Shown here in pieces: positions 39,134 through 49,887 of a DNA stretch of 64,000 bases (within the stretch, counting starts at the first letter, position 1; each line of letters starts with the position of its first letter). Origin of the DNA: an uncultured bacterium. GTDB taxonomy: Bacteria > Armatimonadota > UBA5829. The notes beneath the pieces were generated by a model, which made no database searches, was not told where the DNA came from, and was given only the letters and a program-made list of their open reading frames with translations. The position numbers were made by a program, and so were the translations under genes. The DNA lies in contig CALJES010000012.1 in assembly GCA_938074205.1 (NCBI GenBank), positions 278,840 through 342,839 on the forward strand. The letters are read 5' to 3'.

Positions 39134-40327
39134 TCACAGGCATTCCCAAAGAATTGCCACGGCTCGATCAACGAGTTCCGTCGTAATTGTCAGCGGCGGT
39201 ACGAACCGGAGAACGTGTTCCCCTATCGAGTTGACGATCAACCCCTTCTCAAGAGCGCAAGTCGCGACCGACTTCGCCTTCGGCTCGTCAAACTCTACCG
39301 CAATCATCAATCCGAGCCCTCGCACTTCTCGGATTCCAGGGAGATGGGACAACTGCTCTCTGAAGTGCGTTCCGACTCTTTCAGCGTTAGCAACCCAGCC
39401 TCCATCCTTGATCTCGCGCACAGCGGCGAGCGCTGCAGCGCAAGCAAGAGGATTGCCCCCGAACGTGCATGCGTGATCGCCAGGTTCAAAGACCTCTGCC
39501 CACTTGTCGCGCGCCAGACAGCATCCGATAGGAAAACCGCCTCCCAATGTCTTAGCCAACGTAAGCACATCGGGCCGAACGCCGTAGTGTTCGAATGCAA
39601 ACATCTTACCTGTGCGACCCAATCCAGTCTGTACCTCGTCGAATATAAGCGCGGCGTTGTACTTGTCGCAGCATTCGCGGGCGGCTATCATAAACTCTCG
39701 ATCGGCTGGATGAACGCCACTCTCGCCCTGAACCGGCTCAAGCATAACGGCGCAAGTGTTTTCATTCACGGCTGCGAGAAGGGACTTCGTATCGTTAAAT
39801 GGCACCGCTTTGAAGCCTGGTATCAGCGGTTCAAAAGGTTTTTGATACTTCGGTTGCGCTGTTGCGGAAACGGCGCCCATGGTTCGGCCATGGAATGATT
39901 GCTCGGCAGTTACTATTTCGAACTTATTTGGATTTCCCGATTTCTTTGCGGCTTTTCGTGCAAGCTTTATAGCCGCTTCATTGGCTTCCGCGCCGGAATT
40001 GCAGAAGAAAGCTCGACTCATGCCGCTTATCTGAGTTAGGATTTCGGCTAGCTTGGGCTGCTGGAGCGTATAGTACAGGTTGCTCGTATGCATAAGTTCG
40101 GAAGCCTGTTCGCAGATTGCCGACACAACTTTGGGATGGCAGTGTCCCAACCCGTTAACAGCTATTCCGGCAACGAGATCTATATATTCCTTGCCTTCGA
40201 CGTCATAGAGGAAGCAGTTATCGCCTCTAACGAAGACAACAGGCATCCGCGCATAGGTGCGCATTACGTACTTGCCGTCGAGTTCAAAAACATCTGTTTC
40301 CTTTAATTGCGGTATGTTCACTTTCAC
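39134..40327 (-). CDS. argD: Acetylornithine aminotransferase
   Basis: NSGAEANE, SFHGRT, DEVQTGLGRTG, AKTLGGG, TFGGNP; in arg operon. Confidence 0.93.
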   Translation of the reverse strand: MKVNIPQLKETDVFELDGKYVMRTYARMPVVFVRGDNCFLYDVEGKEYIDLVAGIAVNGLGHCHPKVVSAICEQASELMHTSNLYYTLQQPKLAEILTQISGMSRAFFCNSGAEANEAAIKLARKAAKKSGNPNKFEIVTAEQSFHGRTMGAVSATAQPKYQKPFEPLIPGFKAVPFNDTKSLLAAVNENTCAVMLEPVQGESGVHPADREFMIAARECCDKYNAALIFDEVQTGLGRTGKMFAFEHYGVRPDVLTLAKTLGGGFPIGCCLARDKWAEVFEPGDHACTFGGNPLACAAALAAVREIKDGGWVANAERVGTHFREQLSHLPGIREVRGLGLMIAVEFDEPKAKSVATCALEKGLIVNSIGEHVLRFVPPLTITTELVDRAVAILWECL

Positions 40328-40346
40328 TCCCTAGCTGCTGTGAACC

Positions 40347-41207
40347 CTATGGAACGATCATCGTTCCTATTCCTGTGTCGGTGAATATTTCAACTAAAAG
40401 AGCATGAGGAGCTGTGCCGTCGATGATGTGCGCCCGCTCAACGGATCCCGCCAAGGCGGTTATGCAAGCCTCGACCTTGGGGATCATGCCCTTGTCGATC
40501 TGCTTGGAGTCTATCATCCGCCGAGCCTGTTCTACTGTAAGTTCAGAAATCAGTGTCGACTTGTCCGAAAAGTCGCGGTAGATTCCCGGAACGTCCGTCA
40601 TCATGATCAGCTTGGTCGCTCCGATAGCTGCTGCTATCTCGCCAGCGATGTGGTCCGCATTCACGTTAAAGCTTTCGCCGCCTGGGCCGATCGCTACTGA
40701 GGAGATTACTGGTATGTACCCGTGGTCCATTAGATCAAGAAGTATTGACGGGTTTATCTTGGCCACTTCACCGACATAGCCGAGATCCACATCCCGCTCG
40801 GCTTTGTCTGCAACTATCAAATTTGCATCCTTGCCCGAAAGTCCGACCGCCTTTCCACCCACGTTGTTGATTATAGATACGATGCCCTTGTTAGTCTTGC
40901 CGGCAAGGACCATTTCCACGATTTCCATAGTCTCCGCGTCGGTTACGCGAAGGCCGTTTACGAACTCCGGCTTTTTGCCAAGTTTGTGCATCAGTGCGCT
41001 GATCTCAGGTCCACCGCCGTGCACCAGGATCGGCTTCATGCCGACGTAGTGCATAAGTACGATGTCTCGGCAGACTGAGCGTTTGAGCTCCTCGTCGATC
41101 ATGGCGTTGCCGCCATATTTGATGACAATTATCTTGCCATAATAGCGCTGAATATAAGGCAGTGCTTGAACAAGGATGTTGGCTTCTGCACTGGTGTAAC
41201 TCATCAT
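40347..41207 (-). CDS. argB: Acetylglutamate kinase
   Basis: IKYGGNAM, VHGGGP, GLRVTD, NVNAD, GMIPK. Confidence 0.96.
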   Translation of the reverse strand: MMSYTSAEANILVQALPYIQRYYGKIIVIKYGGNAMIDEELKRSVCRDIVLMHYVGMKPILVHGGGPEISALMHKLGKKPEFVNGLRVTDAETMEIVEMVLAGKTNKGIVSIINNVGGKAVGLSGKDANLIVADKAERDVDLGYVGEVAKINPSILLDLMDHGYIPVISSVAIGPGGESFNVNADHIAGEIAAAIGATKLIMMTDVPGIYRDFSDKSTLISELTVEQARRMIDSKQIDKGMIPKVEACITALAGSVERAHIIDGTAPHALLVEIFTDTGIGTMIVP

Positions 41208-41244
41208 GTGGAACTATCCAGGTGTCGAGTTGTTGGGACATACC

Positions 41245-41273
41245 ATTCTAAGCGGTACGATAGGGATCGTCAA
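41245..41273 (-). promoter_or_regulatory. Sigma70 promoter of arg operon
   Basis: TTGACG-17 nt-TAGAAT on minus strand. Confidence 0.7.
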
Positions 41274-41317
41274 GGACACGGTCGCGCTTCCGGCTACACC
41301 AGCTGCTACCAGCTGCA

Positions 41318-41848
41318 TCATTCCAGGGCTTCGAATGCTGCTGTATAAGCATAGAACGTCTTGTTGTCGAAAAGCACGAAACGTACGAGTTGAATGCCGT
41401 CTCGGTTCCGTACGAAATCAGCAACTGTCGAGATCGCTATCTGAGCAGCTTCTTCTACCGGATATCGGTAGGCTCCGCAGCTTATAGCAGGGAACGCTAT
41501 GGACTTTATCCCATTTTCCAAAGCTATTTCCAAACTGCGTCGATAACAGCTTGCCAGGAGTTCTGGCTCGCCGTGTTTGCCGTCGCGATAGACCGGTCCC
41601 ACTGCGTGAATTACCCACTTCGCCTTCAGATTACCGCCGGTAGTGATCTTGGCGTCGCCGGTCTCGCAGCCGCCGAGTTTGCGGCATTCTTCCAGTATGG
41701 CAGGTCCTCCTGCGCGGTGTATGGCTCCGTCCACACCTCCGCCGCCCAGAAGCGTCTTATTCGCGGCATTCACAATGGCTTCGGTGTCCTGCTGCGTTAT
41801 GTCACCTTGGATTAGCTCTATCGCGCAGTCTCCTATCTGCTTTCTCAT
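41318..41848 (-). CDS. Macrodomain O-acetyl-ADP-ribose deacetylase (YmdB/MacroD-like)
   Basis: GDIT, IVNAAN, GGGGVDGAIH, HAVGP, FPAISCG; start re-assigned to ATG 41848 (GGAGG RBS). Confidence 0.92.
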   Translation of the reverse strand: MRKQIGDCAIELIQGDITQQDTEAIVNAANKTLLGGGGVDGAIHRAGGPAILEECRKLGGCETGDAKITTGGNLKAKWVIHAVGPVYRDGKHGEPELLASCYRRSLEIALENGIKSIAFPAISCGAYRYPVEEAAQIAISTVADFVRNRDGIQLVRFVLFDNKTFYAYTAAFEALE

Positions 41849-42047
41849 AGGGCCAACCTCCATCTCACGATACAGATTTTGTATGCTGAGCTCTACCAAG
41901 CCAAAGTGCAGTCCCTTCGGCTGCTACCTCTGCAATTATATCATCGCCGTCCGCACAGGGTTTGCTGAGATGCCTTGGGCAGTGATATCATTCCCCTGCA
42001 CAATGGGGATAAACACTCGGTAGAGTCACTGTGGAGGAAACAGCCAA

Positions 42048-43160
42048 ATGACCGATCCGCGGATGCTCAAACTTGCCGACGTCTTGGTAGGCTACTCGAC
42101 CAAAGTGCAGCCTGGCGAGCGAGTATTAATCGACGCATACGACGTGCCTGAGGAGATGGTCTGCGTGCTTGTAGATCGGGTCGTGCAGGCAGGCGGACTG
42201 CCATTTGTGCAAGAGCACAGAGGACGCGTGGGACGCTCGATGTTAATGGTGGCCACTGATGAGCAGCTTGAGATTATAGGCAAACACGCCCTCGAGTTAA
42301 TGAAGGATATGAACTGCTATATTGGCCTGAGAGGCAGCCACAACATAACTGAGCTCGCAGACGTACCCGACGAAAAGATCAAGCTTCGAGAAACATATCT
42401 AAAGCCTGTGCTAGACTACAGGGTGAATAATACGAAATGGGTTGTTCTGCGTTGGCCCTCGCCTTCGATGGCGCAGTTAGCAGGAATGTCTACTGAGCAG
42501 TTCGAAAACTTTTACTTCGCCGTTTGCACAATCGACTACGCCAAGATGGCTGTCGCGGAAGTCCCGCTGAAAGAGAGAATGGAAAGGACCGACAAGGTGC
42601 GCATTATCGGTCCTATGGACACCAATATAACGTTTTCGATAAATGGCATGCCCGCAATTCCGTGCGTAGGAGAAAGAAACATTCCTGACGGCGAGCTCTA
42701 CACTGCGCCGGTTCGCGACAGCATAAACGGCGTCATCCACTTCAACGCAGGCACGATATACCACGGCCGGCCGTTTGACGATATACGACTGGTGTTCGAA
42801 AAGGGCAAGATAATCGAAGCGACCGCTTCAGACACCAAAGCCCTAAACGACATTTTGGACACCGATGAGGGTGCCCGCTACGTCGGCGAGTTTTCACTTG
42901 GGTTCAATCCTCATATAACTTGCCCCATACGAGATATTCTCTTCGACGAGAAGATCAGAGGTTCTATTCACCTAACTCCGGGACAAGCATACGCCGAAGC
43001 GGATAACGGCAACCGGTCTAAGATACACTGGGACTTGGTGCTGATTCAGACGGCGGAATACGGCGGCGGGGAGATTTGGTTCGATGACGAACTCATCCGC
43101 AAGGACGGGCTCTTCGTCCCGGATTATCTTCAGCCACTAAACCCAGAAAACCTGGTATGA
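42048..43160 (+). CDS. M29 family aminopeptidase (AmpS/AmpT-like)
   Basis: NIPDGE, GEFSLG, ILFDEKI, IHWD. Confidence 0.92.
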   Translation: MTDPRMLKLADVLVGYSTKVQPGERVLIDAYDVPEEMVCVLVDRVVQAGGLPFVQEHRGRVGRSMLMVATDEQLEIIGKHALELMKDMNCYIGLRGSHNITELADVPDEKIKLRETYLKPVLDYRVNNTKWVVLRWPSPSMAQLAGMSTEQFENFYFAVCTIDYAKMAVAEVPLKERMERTDKVRIIGPMDTNITFSINGMPAIPCVGERNIPDGELYTAPVRDSINGVIHFNAGTIYHGRPFDDIRLVFEKGKIIEATASDTKALNDILDTDEGARYVGEFSLGFNPHITCPIRDILFDEKIRGSIHLTPGQAYAEADNGNRSKIHWDLVLIQTAEYGGGEIWFDDELIRKDGLFVPDYLQPLNPENLV

Positions 43161-43198
43161 GAACGTATTGCCGCCTGTCAAATAGGAAATGGTTGCTG

Positions 43199-43227
43199 TT
43201 GACACACCGCCAACCTAGTGATATAGT
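43199..43227 (+). promoter_or_regulatory. Strong sigma70 promoter of a small transcript
   Basis: TTGACA-17 nt-TATAGT with TGn. Confidence 0.75.
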
Positions 43228-43232
43228 GGGGA

Positions 43233-43415
43233 CGACAAGAAGGGAGGTGGTGACTAGCATGGTAGATAGTCAACGAGGTGACCGCGGGGGCTAGTATTTT
43301 AGCCTGTGGTTAGCTAACCACCCTGGTCATGAATGCGAGCCCTCACGCGCAAGCCTCAACTACTCGTGAGGGTAGGAAAAACGAAAGGCTGCTGCCCCGT
43401 AGGCAGCGGCCTTTT
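43233..43415 (+). ncRNA. Candidate structured small RNA (~180 nt) containing an 11-aa sORF (43259-43294)
   Basis: Own promoter and terminator; AGGGAGGTG RBS then ATG; several hairpins. Confidence 0.5.
43384..43415 (+). terminator. Intrinsic terminator
   Basis: AAAGGCTGCTGCC / GGCAGCGGCCTTTT. Confidence 0.8.
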
Positions 43416-43572
43416 CACTGTATCGAGAAAACTGCACATTCCTGTGGGAACGACGGCGCGGTGGTCTGGATTCAGTATCTGGGGTGCCACACAAGCTTTC
43501 CACCGATTTCCTTAACCCGAAAGCATGCTCAGCAATTTGACTGAGCTCAAGTGTAAGCGTATCCTGTACACT

Positions 43573-44961
43573 ATGAAACCGTCTCGAATATCTTCCTCCG
43601 TAGTAGAAAAGCTGGTATCTATTGTTGGCGGCGAGCACGTTCTCGTGAGTGATGAAGATCGTTTGGCCTACGCATACGACAGCCAGCGAGTAGAGTTTAT
43701 TCCAGACGCAGTTGTTAGACCAGGCACCGCCGATGACATTGCCCAGATTATGCGGATTGCAAACGAAGAACTCTTCCCTGTTGTACCGCGAGGCTCCGGG
43801 ACTGGGCTGAGCGGTGGTTCAGTGGCATCTCAAGGTGGTGTTGTGCTGGACCTTTCAAGGATGAACCGCATAGTCGAAATTGATCTCGGAAACCTCCATG
43901 CAGTATGTCAGCCTGGGGTAATAACTGCCACTCTCGCTACGGCGGTCGAAAAGCACGGTCTTCTCTATCCTCCTGATCCCGGCAGCATAAAAGTGTCCAC
44001 GTTGGGGGGAAACGTGGCAGAAAACGCAGGCGGGTTGCGCGCCATAAAGTACGGCGTTACGCGGAATTACTTGATGCAGGTGTGCGCCGTGGTTCCCACG
44101 GGGGAAGAGTTCGTGAGCGGCGCAAAAACCCGAAAGTGCGTAGCCGGATACGATCTAGCATCGCTTCTTTGCGGTTCTGAGGGTACGCTAGCAGTGATAA
44201 CTGAGATAACGGTGCGTTTGGTGCCGTTCCCAAGGTTCAGACGTTCTCTCACCGCAGTTTTCGAAACTGCCTCAGCTGCAGGGCGTGCCGTATCGGAGAT
44301 TATGGCTGAAGGCCTCACACCGGCAACTCTGGAGATACTTGATCAGCGCACTATTCAAGTTGTCGAAGACTATGCGCACCTAGGTCTGCCAACCGAAGCC
44401 GGAGCCCTGCTGCTCGCTGAGTTCGACGGTTTCTCAGAAACTGCAGTTGCTGATGAAGCCGAAGCGGCGCGCGCTGTGCTTGAGCGAAGCAGCGCGCAGC
44501 AAATCAGAGAAGCCCAAGATGCTGAAGAGCGAGAACGTATTTGGGAAGCCCGACGCGTGGCGCTTGCTGCTTTGGCGCGTGTGCGACCGACGACTATTCT
44601 AGAAGATGTGACTGTGCCACTTCCGAAGCTGAGCGCCATGATAGAACGTATTGCCGAAATAGCCCGCAGCAATTCCCTTCTGATAGGAACATTTGGACAT
44701 GCCGGAGATGGCAATCTGCACCCGACCATACTGACCGACGAACGGGATGCGGAAGAAATGGAGCGAGTTGAAAAGGCGATTGCGCAACTTTTCGAAGCTG
44801 CTCTTGAACTCGGCGGCACAGTAAGTGGTGAACACGGAATCGGTTTCGCCAAAGCCCCTTTTCTGCCTAAGGAAGTGGGCGAGAACACTATCGAGATAAT
44901 GCGTCGAATCAAGCGATCGCTGGATCCGAACAATATCCTAAACCCAGGCAAATTCCTCTGA
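43573..44961 (+). CDS. glcD: FAD-linked oxidase, glycolate/D-lactate oxidase subunit GlcD-like
   Basis: PRGSGTGLSGG, YPPDP, ENAGG, GSEGTL, GHAGDGNLH, GEHGIG, LNPGK; start ATG 43573 just after TTGACT-17-TATCCT. Confidence 0.85.
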   Translation: MKPSRISSSVVEKLVSIVGGEHVLVSDEDRLAYAYDSQRVEFIPDAVVRPGTADDIAQIMRIANEELFPVVPRGSGTGLSGGSVASQGGVVLDLSRMNRIVEIDLGNLHAVCQPGVITATLATAVEKHGLLYPPDPGSIKVSTLGGNVAENAGGLRAIKYGVTRNYLMQVCAVVPTGEEFVSGAKTRKCVAGYDLASLLCGSEGTLAVITEITVRLVPFPRFRRSLTAVFETASAAGRAVSEIMAEGLTPATLEILDQRTIQVVEDYAHLGLPTEAGALLLAEFDGFSETAVADEAEAARAVLERSSAQQIREAQDAEERERIWEARRVALAALARVRPTTILEDVTVPLPKLSAMIERIAEIARSNSLLIGTFGHAGDGNLHPTILTDERDAEEMERVEKAIAQLFEAALELGGTVSGEHGIGFAKAPFLPKEVGENTIEIMRRIKRSLDPNNILNPGKFL

Positions 44962-45024
44962 TGATCTGCTTTCCAAAAACGCCGACTGCATTTTGTCGTT
45001 GGGACAGCTGGAACAAGACCGAGA

Positions 45025-46284
45025 ATGCAAGATAAGTTAGCCTATAGACTAGATGATTTGGTTGCTGCGTGCATGAAGTGCGGCTTTTGTAAAGCCGTCT
45101 GCCCTCTACATTCGGATATCGAAACTACATCGCCGCGTGCCAAGGTGAGATTAGCAAAGGCTATAATGCGAGGCGAGCTTCAAGTGGGCACCGGCGTCAG
45201 ATATCAAATGGAGCGTTGCTTAAACTGCCGAGCTTGTGCAAGCGAGTGCCCCAGCGGTGTCGAGCCGAACAAAGTTGCACTGGCTATGCGGGCTCTCTAT
45301 GTCGAACAGTTTGGAATGCACCCCATAAAGCGACTGGTGTTTCGAGTGGGGCTGTCTAGACCGCGGCTTATGGCTTGGGCGCTAAAGGGCTTGGGGCTGA
45401 TCGAGCAATTGACAGCTATAGAACTCCAAAATAACCCGCTGCGATGTGTACTGCCTCTCGTGGGCCTCAGACAGGACAAAGACCTGCCTACGCTCGGTCG
45501 CCGCACTCTTATGTCGCGAATTCCGGAGCGAATTCGCCCCTTCGGCGAAATTAAGACCAGCGTTCTATACTTCCCAGGTTGCGCGATAAATTTCATTTAT
45601 CCCGAGATGGGACTTGCGACGGTGAGTATTTTGAGGAAGCTGGGTGCAGAGGTCGTGCTTCCCCATAACCTAGTATGCTGCTCCACTCCGGTATTTAACT
45701 CGGGAGATCTAGACGCCGCGCGGGCTCTGGCAAGTAGGAATATCGAAATTATGCTCGGCGCGAACGTCGAGACTATAGTCACCTCCTGCGGTTCGTGTGG
45801 GCTAACTATCAAACACGAGTGGGCCGACACATTGGGCGTACAAGGTGCAGATACCATATCGAGGAAAGCAATGGACATCACCGAGTTTGTTGCGCAGTAT
45901 TTTCAAGAAAGAATGCTCAAGCGGCTTGATAGTCTCGGGGTCGTGACGTACCACGATTCCTGTCACCTGCGCCGCGGTATGGGTGTTCAATCAGAACCTC
46001 GGTATCTTCTGGCCGCCGCTTTTGGCAATCACTTCGTGGGAATGGAACAAGCCGATAGATGCTGCGGCGGAGGCGGCACGTTCAGCATTTTCCATCCGGA
46101 GCTGTCGCAAGATGTGGCAGAGTTAAAGGTTCAGCGTGTAATTGAGTCGGGAGCGAGCATCGTTGCTGCCGGTTGTCCAGCGTGCGTAATGCAACTTCGC
46201 GATTCGTTCATTCATCGTAGAGTCAACTGCAAAGCTGTTCACACAGTTGAGATTATTGATCAGGCGCTGCTATCAGGCGTATAA
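45025..46284 (+). CDS. glcF: Fe-S / CCG-domain subunit GlcF-like
   Basis: Two CxxCxxCxxxCP motifs, YFPGC, YHDSCH, CCGGGG. Confidence 0.82.
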   Translation: MQDKLAYRLDDLVAACMKCGFCKAVCPLHSDIETTSPRAKVRLAKAIMRGELQVGTGVRYQMERCLNCRACASECPSGVEPNKVALAMRALYVEQFGMHPIKRLVFRVGLSRPRLMAWALKGLGLIEQLTAIELQNNPLRCVLPLVGLRQDKDLPTLGRRTLMSRIPERIRPFGEIKTSVLYFPGCAINFIYPEMGLATVSILRKLGAEVVLPHNLVCCSTPVFNSGDLDAARALASRNIEIMLGANVETIVTSCGSCGLTIKHEWADTLGVQGADTISRKAMDITEFVAQYFQERMLKRLDSLGVVTYHDSCHLRRGMGVQSEPRYLLAAAFGNHFVGMEQADRCCGGGGTFSIFHPELSQDVAELKVQRVIESGASIVAAGCPACVMQLRDSFIHRRVNCKAVHTVEIIDQALLSGV

Positions 46285-47629
46285 CCCTACAGGTTGTCTC
46301 CGTAACTCTGGCTTCCTCAGAAGCTGTAACGCCGACCACCCACAGCACCCTTTCGTCGTCAACAACCACTGCAGCTTGGCTCCGCTCGCCAGGCGGGATC
46401 TTCTTGTCCACAAAGACGTCTTGAAGTTTCTTAGTGCCCGTCATGCCAAACGGTTGGATTCGGTCTCCAGGTTTTGCGTTTCGTATGCGAAGCCTGCCGC
46501 GAACTTTGTCGGCGTCAAGCAGAGCCACGTTGGGTTTCACTCGTAGAACTCGCACCTTGTCCAAGAGTTGCGTTTCAATTGTGATGCCCAGTGCTGGAAT
46601 ATTCGTGCATCCTGGCACAGCAAGGTCTATCTCGAACGGCTCGGCACGCTCATAGGCTTCGCGAGGTCCTATTCGGATATCGTTGCCCAGCTTCTCGACC
46701 GATATATCCCCGCCGGGAAGCTCAATTGCGAAATCCTCGCCCTGCAGAATACCCGCCAGAATCTGTTCTACGTGTTCGTACGTTACATCCTTCAGATCGC
46801 CTCTTACCCTTTGTATTTCTGCTCGAATAACTTCCGCAGCAAGTCCCGGTAGCAGGTCAGATGCAAGCCTCGCGTCAAGCGCAGATCCGTACTCTACCGC
46901 AAGTGCAGTTTGCGAGGCAAAATACTCCATAGCTTCCACAGATCGCTCTGCGATTTTGCCTATTCGGATGAGTGCGTGTTTTATCTGCGGGTTGTAGTCC
47001 TTTTCCAGAAGAGGCACCAGCTGCAATCTGATTCGATTTCGCACATACGAGGTGTCTAGGTTAGAACTATCGATTCTGTGTGCGAGACCGTTCTTGAGTA
47101 GGTACTCGATGATCTCGGTTCGCCATGTTTCGATTAACGGTCTTACTACATGTCCTGCGATGGGACGCATGCAAGCCAAGCCATCCAGTCCTGTTCCTCT
47201 GAGAATGTTGAGGAGAATAGTTTCGGCTTTATCGTCAGCCGTATGCCCTACTGCAAGCTTGTTACAGCCAAGCTCTGATAAAGAATATTGCAAAAAATTA
47301 TATCTAAGCTGTCGGGCTGCTTCCTCTTCACCCAGCTTTGCATTTTTCCGATAGCTTCTCACTTCGGCTCGACCTGTTTTATACGGCAACTTGAGCGCAT
47401 TAGCCAATTCGATGACAAAGCGTTCGTCTTCATCGGATTCTGCCCCTCGAAGGCAGTGGTTGAAGTGAGCGACGTGAAGAATTATGCCTAGCTCTTCAGC
47501 ACACAGGTGGAGCGCATGAAGCATGGCTACGGAATCCGGTCCGCCGGAAACGGCGACGAGCACGCGATCGCCGGGCGAGAACATGGAATGCAAACGCGCT
47601 GCTTTGAGGATGTCAGGTATACAGCTCAT
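46253..47629 (-). CDS. tilS: tRNA(Ile)-lysidine synthetase
   Basis: SGGPDS PP-loop, HFNH, GHTADD, RNRIR. Confidence 0.95.
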   Translation of the reverse strand: MSCIPDILKAARLHSMFSPGDRVLVAVSGGPDSVAMLHALHLCAEELGIILHVAHFNHCLRGAESDEDERFVIELANALKLPYKTGRAEVRSYRKNAKLGEEEAARQLRYNFLQYSLSELGCNKLAVGHTADDKAETILLNILRGTGLDGLACMRPIAGHVVRPLIETWRTEIIEYLLKNGLAHRIDSSNLDTSYVRNRIRLQLVPLLEKDYNPQIKHALIRIGKIAERSVEAMEYFASQTALAVEYGSALDARLASDLLPGLAAEVIRAEIQRVRGDLKDVTYEHVEQILAGILQGEDFAIELPGGDISVEKLGNDIRIGPREAYERAEPFEIDLAVPGCTNIPALGITIETQLLDKVRVLRVKPNVALLDADKVRGRLRIRNAKPGDRIQPFGMTGTKKLQDVFVDKKIPPGERSQAAVVVDDERVLWVVGVTASEEARVTETTCRVIRLIAAPDQ

Positions 47630-47638
47630 CGAATAATA

Positions 47639-48835
47639 TTATTCAATTTGGAAGAGCATTTTCATCAAATTCGGAGCGTACTCGACTCGCAACTTCGTAT
47701 CTTCCACGGCACGTTCATCGAAAGGCAAATGGTTTCTTTCCGGCTTGGTCGAATCGAACAACAAAAACGGTACTGGATGTTCTGAATGTGAGCCGGAAGA
47801 AATTGGCGTTCGATGGTCTGGCATCAGCAGTATTCGGACGTCATAACCGTGTTTCTTTATACCGTCCAGGATGGTTCCCAGTACCTTCTGGTCACATTCC
47901 TGGATTGCCTCGATTTTCTTGTCGACGTCTCTTTCGTGTCCGGCTTCATCCGGCGCTTCGACGTGCACCCAAACGAAGTCGTAATTGCTGAGTGCGCGAA
48001 CTGCGTACTGTCCCTTCCCGAGATAATTCGTATCTACATAACCGGTCGCGCCTGGCACATCGATCAACTTTAAACCAACTAATCTCCCCAAGCCTCGTAT
48101 AAGATCGACTGCTGCAACGACTGCGCCGGTTCTACCAAATTGCTGAAAGAAACTGGGCATTTCTGGAGCTGTGCTTTCTCCCCAGAGCCAAATCATATTG
48201 GCAGGAAGCAAACCTTCTTCTTTCCTGCGACGGTTAATCGGGTGATTGTCCAATATTTCATAAGAATCTTCCATTAACCTAATCAACTTTTCGGCGCCGT
48301 CGCCAGCTGGATAGTACTGCTTAAAGGGTTGATCGTGGAACTTATATGGTGCGGTGCAGTGGATGTCCCTGGGTCCGCCGTGCCATATCATTATGTGGCG
48401 GTAGCTCACTCCGGGATAGAACCGAATCACGTTCGTGCGCAGCTTTTCGTCTACCAGGCTAATTAGTTCGCGCGCATCTTCGGTTGAAATGTGGCCGCCT
48501 GTGGAGTCTAACATAAGCTCGCCATCAGTAGAAACTAGATTGGCCCGGAATACGATATCCGACTTTTCGAGTGGAATGTCTAGGCTTGCAGCTTCAATTG
48601 CACCTCTGCCCGTATAATAGTCGCGCGGGTCGTATCCCAGGATTGCCATATTTGTTATGTCGCTGCCGGGCGGCATGCCCTGGGGGGTAGTGGTCACTGC
48701 GCCGACAACGCTCTGAGACGCCAGATCGTCCATATAGGGCTTCTTGGCAACCTGCATTGGGGTCTTACCGTCAAGTTCTTCAATCGGTTCATCTGCCATT
48801 CCGTCGAATACGATCAGAAGATACTTCATCATCAC
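47639..48835 (-). CDS. apgM: ApgM-type cofactor-independent phosphoglycerate mutase family protein
   Basis: DGMAD, PGSD, EAPDEAGH, PDHRTP. Confidence 0.85.
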   Translation of the reverse strand: MMMKYLLIVFDGMADEPIEELDGKTPMQVAKKPYMDDLASQSVVGAVTTTPQGMPPGSDITNMAILGYDPRDYYTGRGAIEAASLDIPLEKSDIVFRANLVSTDGELMLDSTGGHISTEDARELISLVDEKLRTNVIRFYPGVSYRHIMIWHGGPRDIHCTAPYKFHDQPFKQYYPAGDGAEKLIRLMEDSYEILDNHPINRRRKEEGLLPANMIWLWGESTAPEMPSFFQQFGRTGAVVAAVDLIRGLGRLVGLKLIDVPGATGYVDTNYLGKGQYAVRALSNYDFVWVHVEAPDEAGHERDVDKKIEAIQECDQKVLGTILDGIKKHGYDVRILLMPDHRTPISSGSHSEHPVPFLLFDSTKPERNHLPFDERAVEDTKLRVEYAPNLMKMLFQIE

Positions 48836-48951
48836 CTTACACCCAAACTAGCACACCTATAAACACTTCAGCTCATGGAGACAAGCGGTTCGGTTCACTA
48901 TTCCAAGATTCTCAAATGACTACCGCTAGGATGAGGCCGAGGAATCCTAGA

Positions 48952-49887
48952 TTACGTTAAAGGTTTACCGACAAGCCTATGATATGCTTCTCGATATTTC
49001 TCTGCAGTCCTGGCTACAATATCCTCGGGCAGCTCCGGGCCAGGATAAGTGCGGTCCCAATCAAGACCCAGCAAGTAGTCCCTCACAAACTGCTTGTCGA
49101 AACTCGGCTGGCTTCGTCCTGGAGTATATAGATTTGCGTCCCAAAACCTAGACGAGTCCGGCGTCAGGACCTCGTCTATCAAGATAATGCGATCGTTGAG
49201 CTGTCCGAACTCAAATTTAGTATCGCTTATTATGATCCCATGTTCGGCTGCGTATTCTGAAGCGCGATTATACAACGCAAGGCTTAAAGCCTCGAGCTGC
49301 TTTCCAAGATCTTCTCCTACGATCTGCCGCGCTTGCTGAGCACTAATGTTCACATCGTGTCCCGTACTCTCCTTTGTCGCAGGTGTGAAAACAGGCCGGG
49401 GCATTTTCTGGCATTCGACCATATCTGCCGGCAGCTCGATTCCGTGAAGCACCACCGGCTTACTGCTGCCGGAAGCCGTTCGCAGGACAGAATACTCCTT
49501 CCACGCGGAGCCTGCTAGGTAACCCCTTACAACGCACTCGATCGGAATCGGCTTCGTCTTTACGACAAGCATTGACCGCCCGTCCAGCAGCTCCCTGTAT
49601 TGCTCGGGATTTTCAACTCCAGCGTTTCTAATACGTGCAAGGATCTCATCGGTATTCGCGGTAATTAGGTGGTTTTCTACGATGTCCTTGGTGAGGTCGA
49701 ACCAAAAGAGTGACATCTGCGTCAGGACTTTTCCCTTATCTGGTATCGGCGTGGGCAGCACCACATCAAACGCCGAAATCCGGTCCGTCGCCACAATCAG
49801 CAGTTCGTTTCCAAGGTCGTACACATCCCGCACCTTGCCTGTAACGAATTTGGGCAAGCCTTTGATGTCTGTTGTGGTGACGATCAT
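48952..49887 (-). CDS. purC: SAICAR synthetase
   Basis: [41 protein letters not shown]. Confidence 0.96.
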   Translation of the reverse strand: MIVTTTDIKGLPKFVTGKVRDVYDLGNELLIVATDRISAFDVVLPTPIPDKGKVLTQMSLFWFDLTKDIVENHLITANTDEILARIRNAGVENPEQYRELLDGRSMLVVKTKPIPIECVVRGYLAGSAWKEYSVLRTASGSSKPVVLHGIELPADMVECQKMPRPVFTPATKESTGHDVNISAQQARQIVGEDLGKQLEALSLALYNRASEYAAEHGIIISDTKFEFGQLNDRIILIDEVLTPDSSRFWDANLYTPGRSQPSFDKQFVRDYLLGLDWDRTYPGPELPEDIVARTAEKYREAYHRLVGKPLT

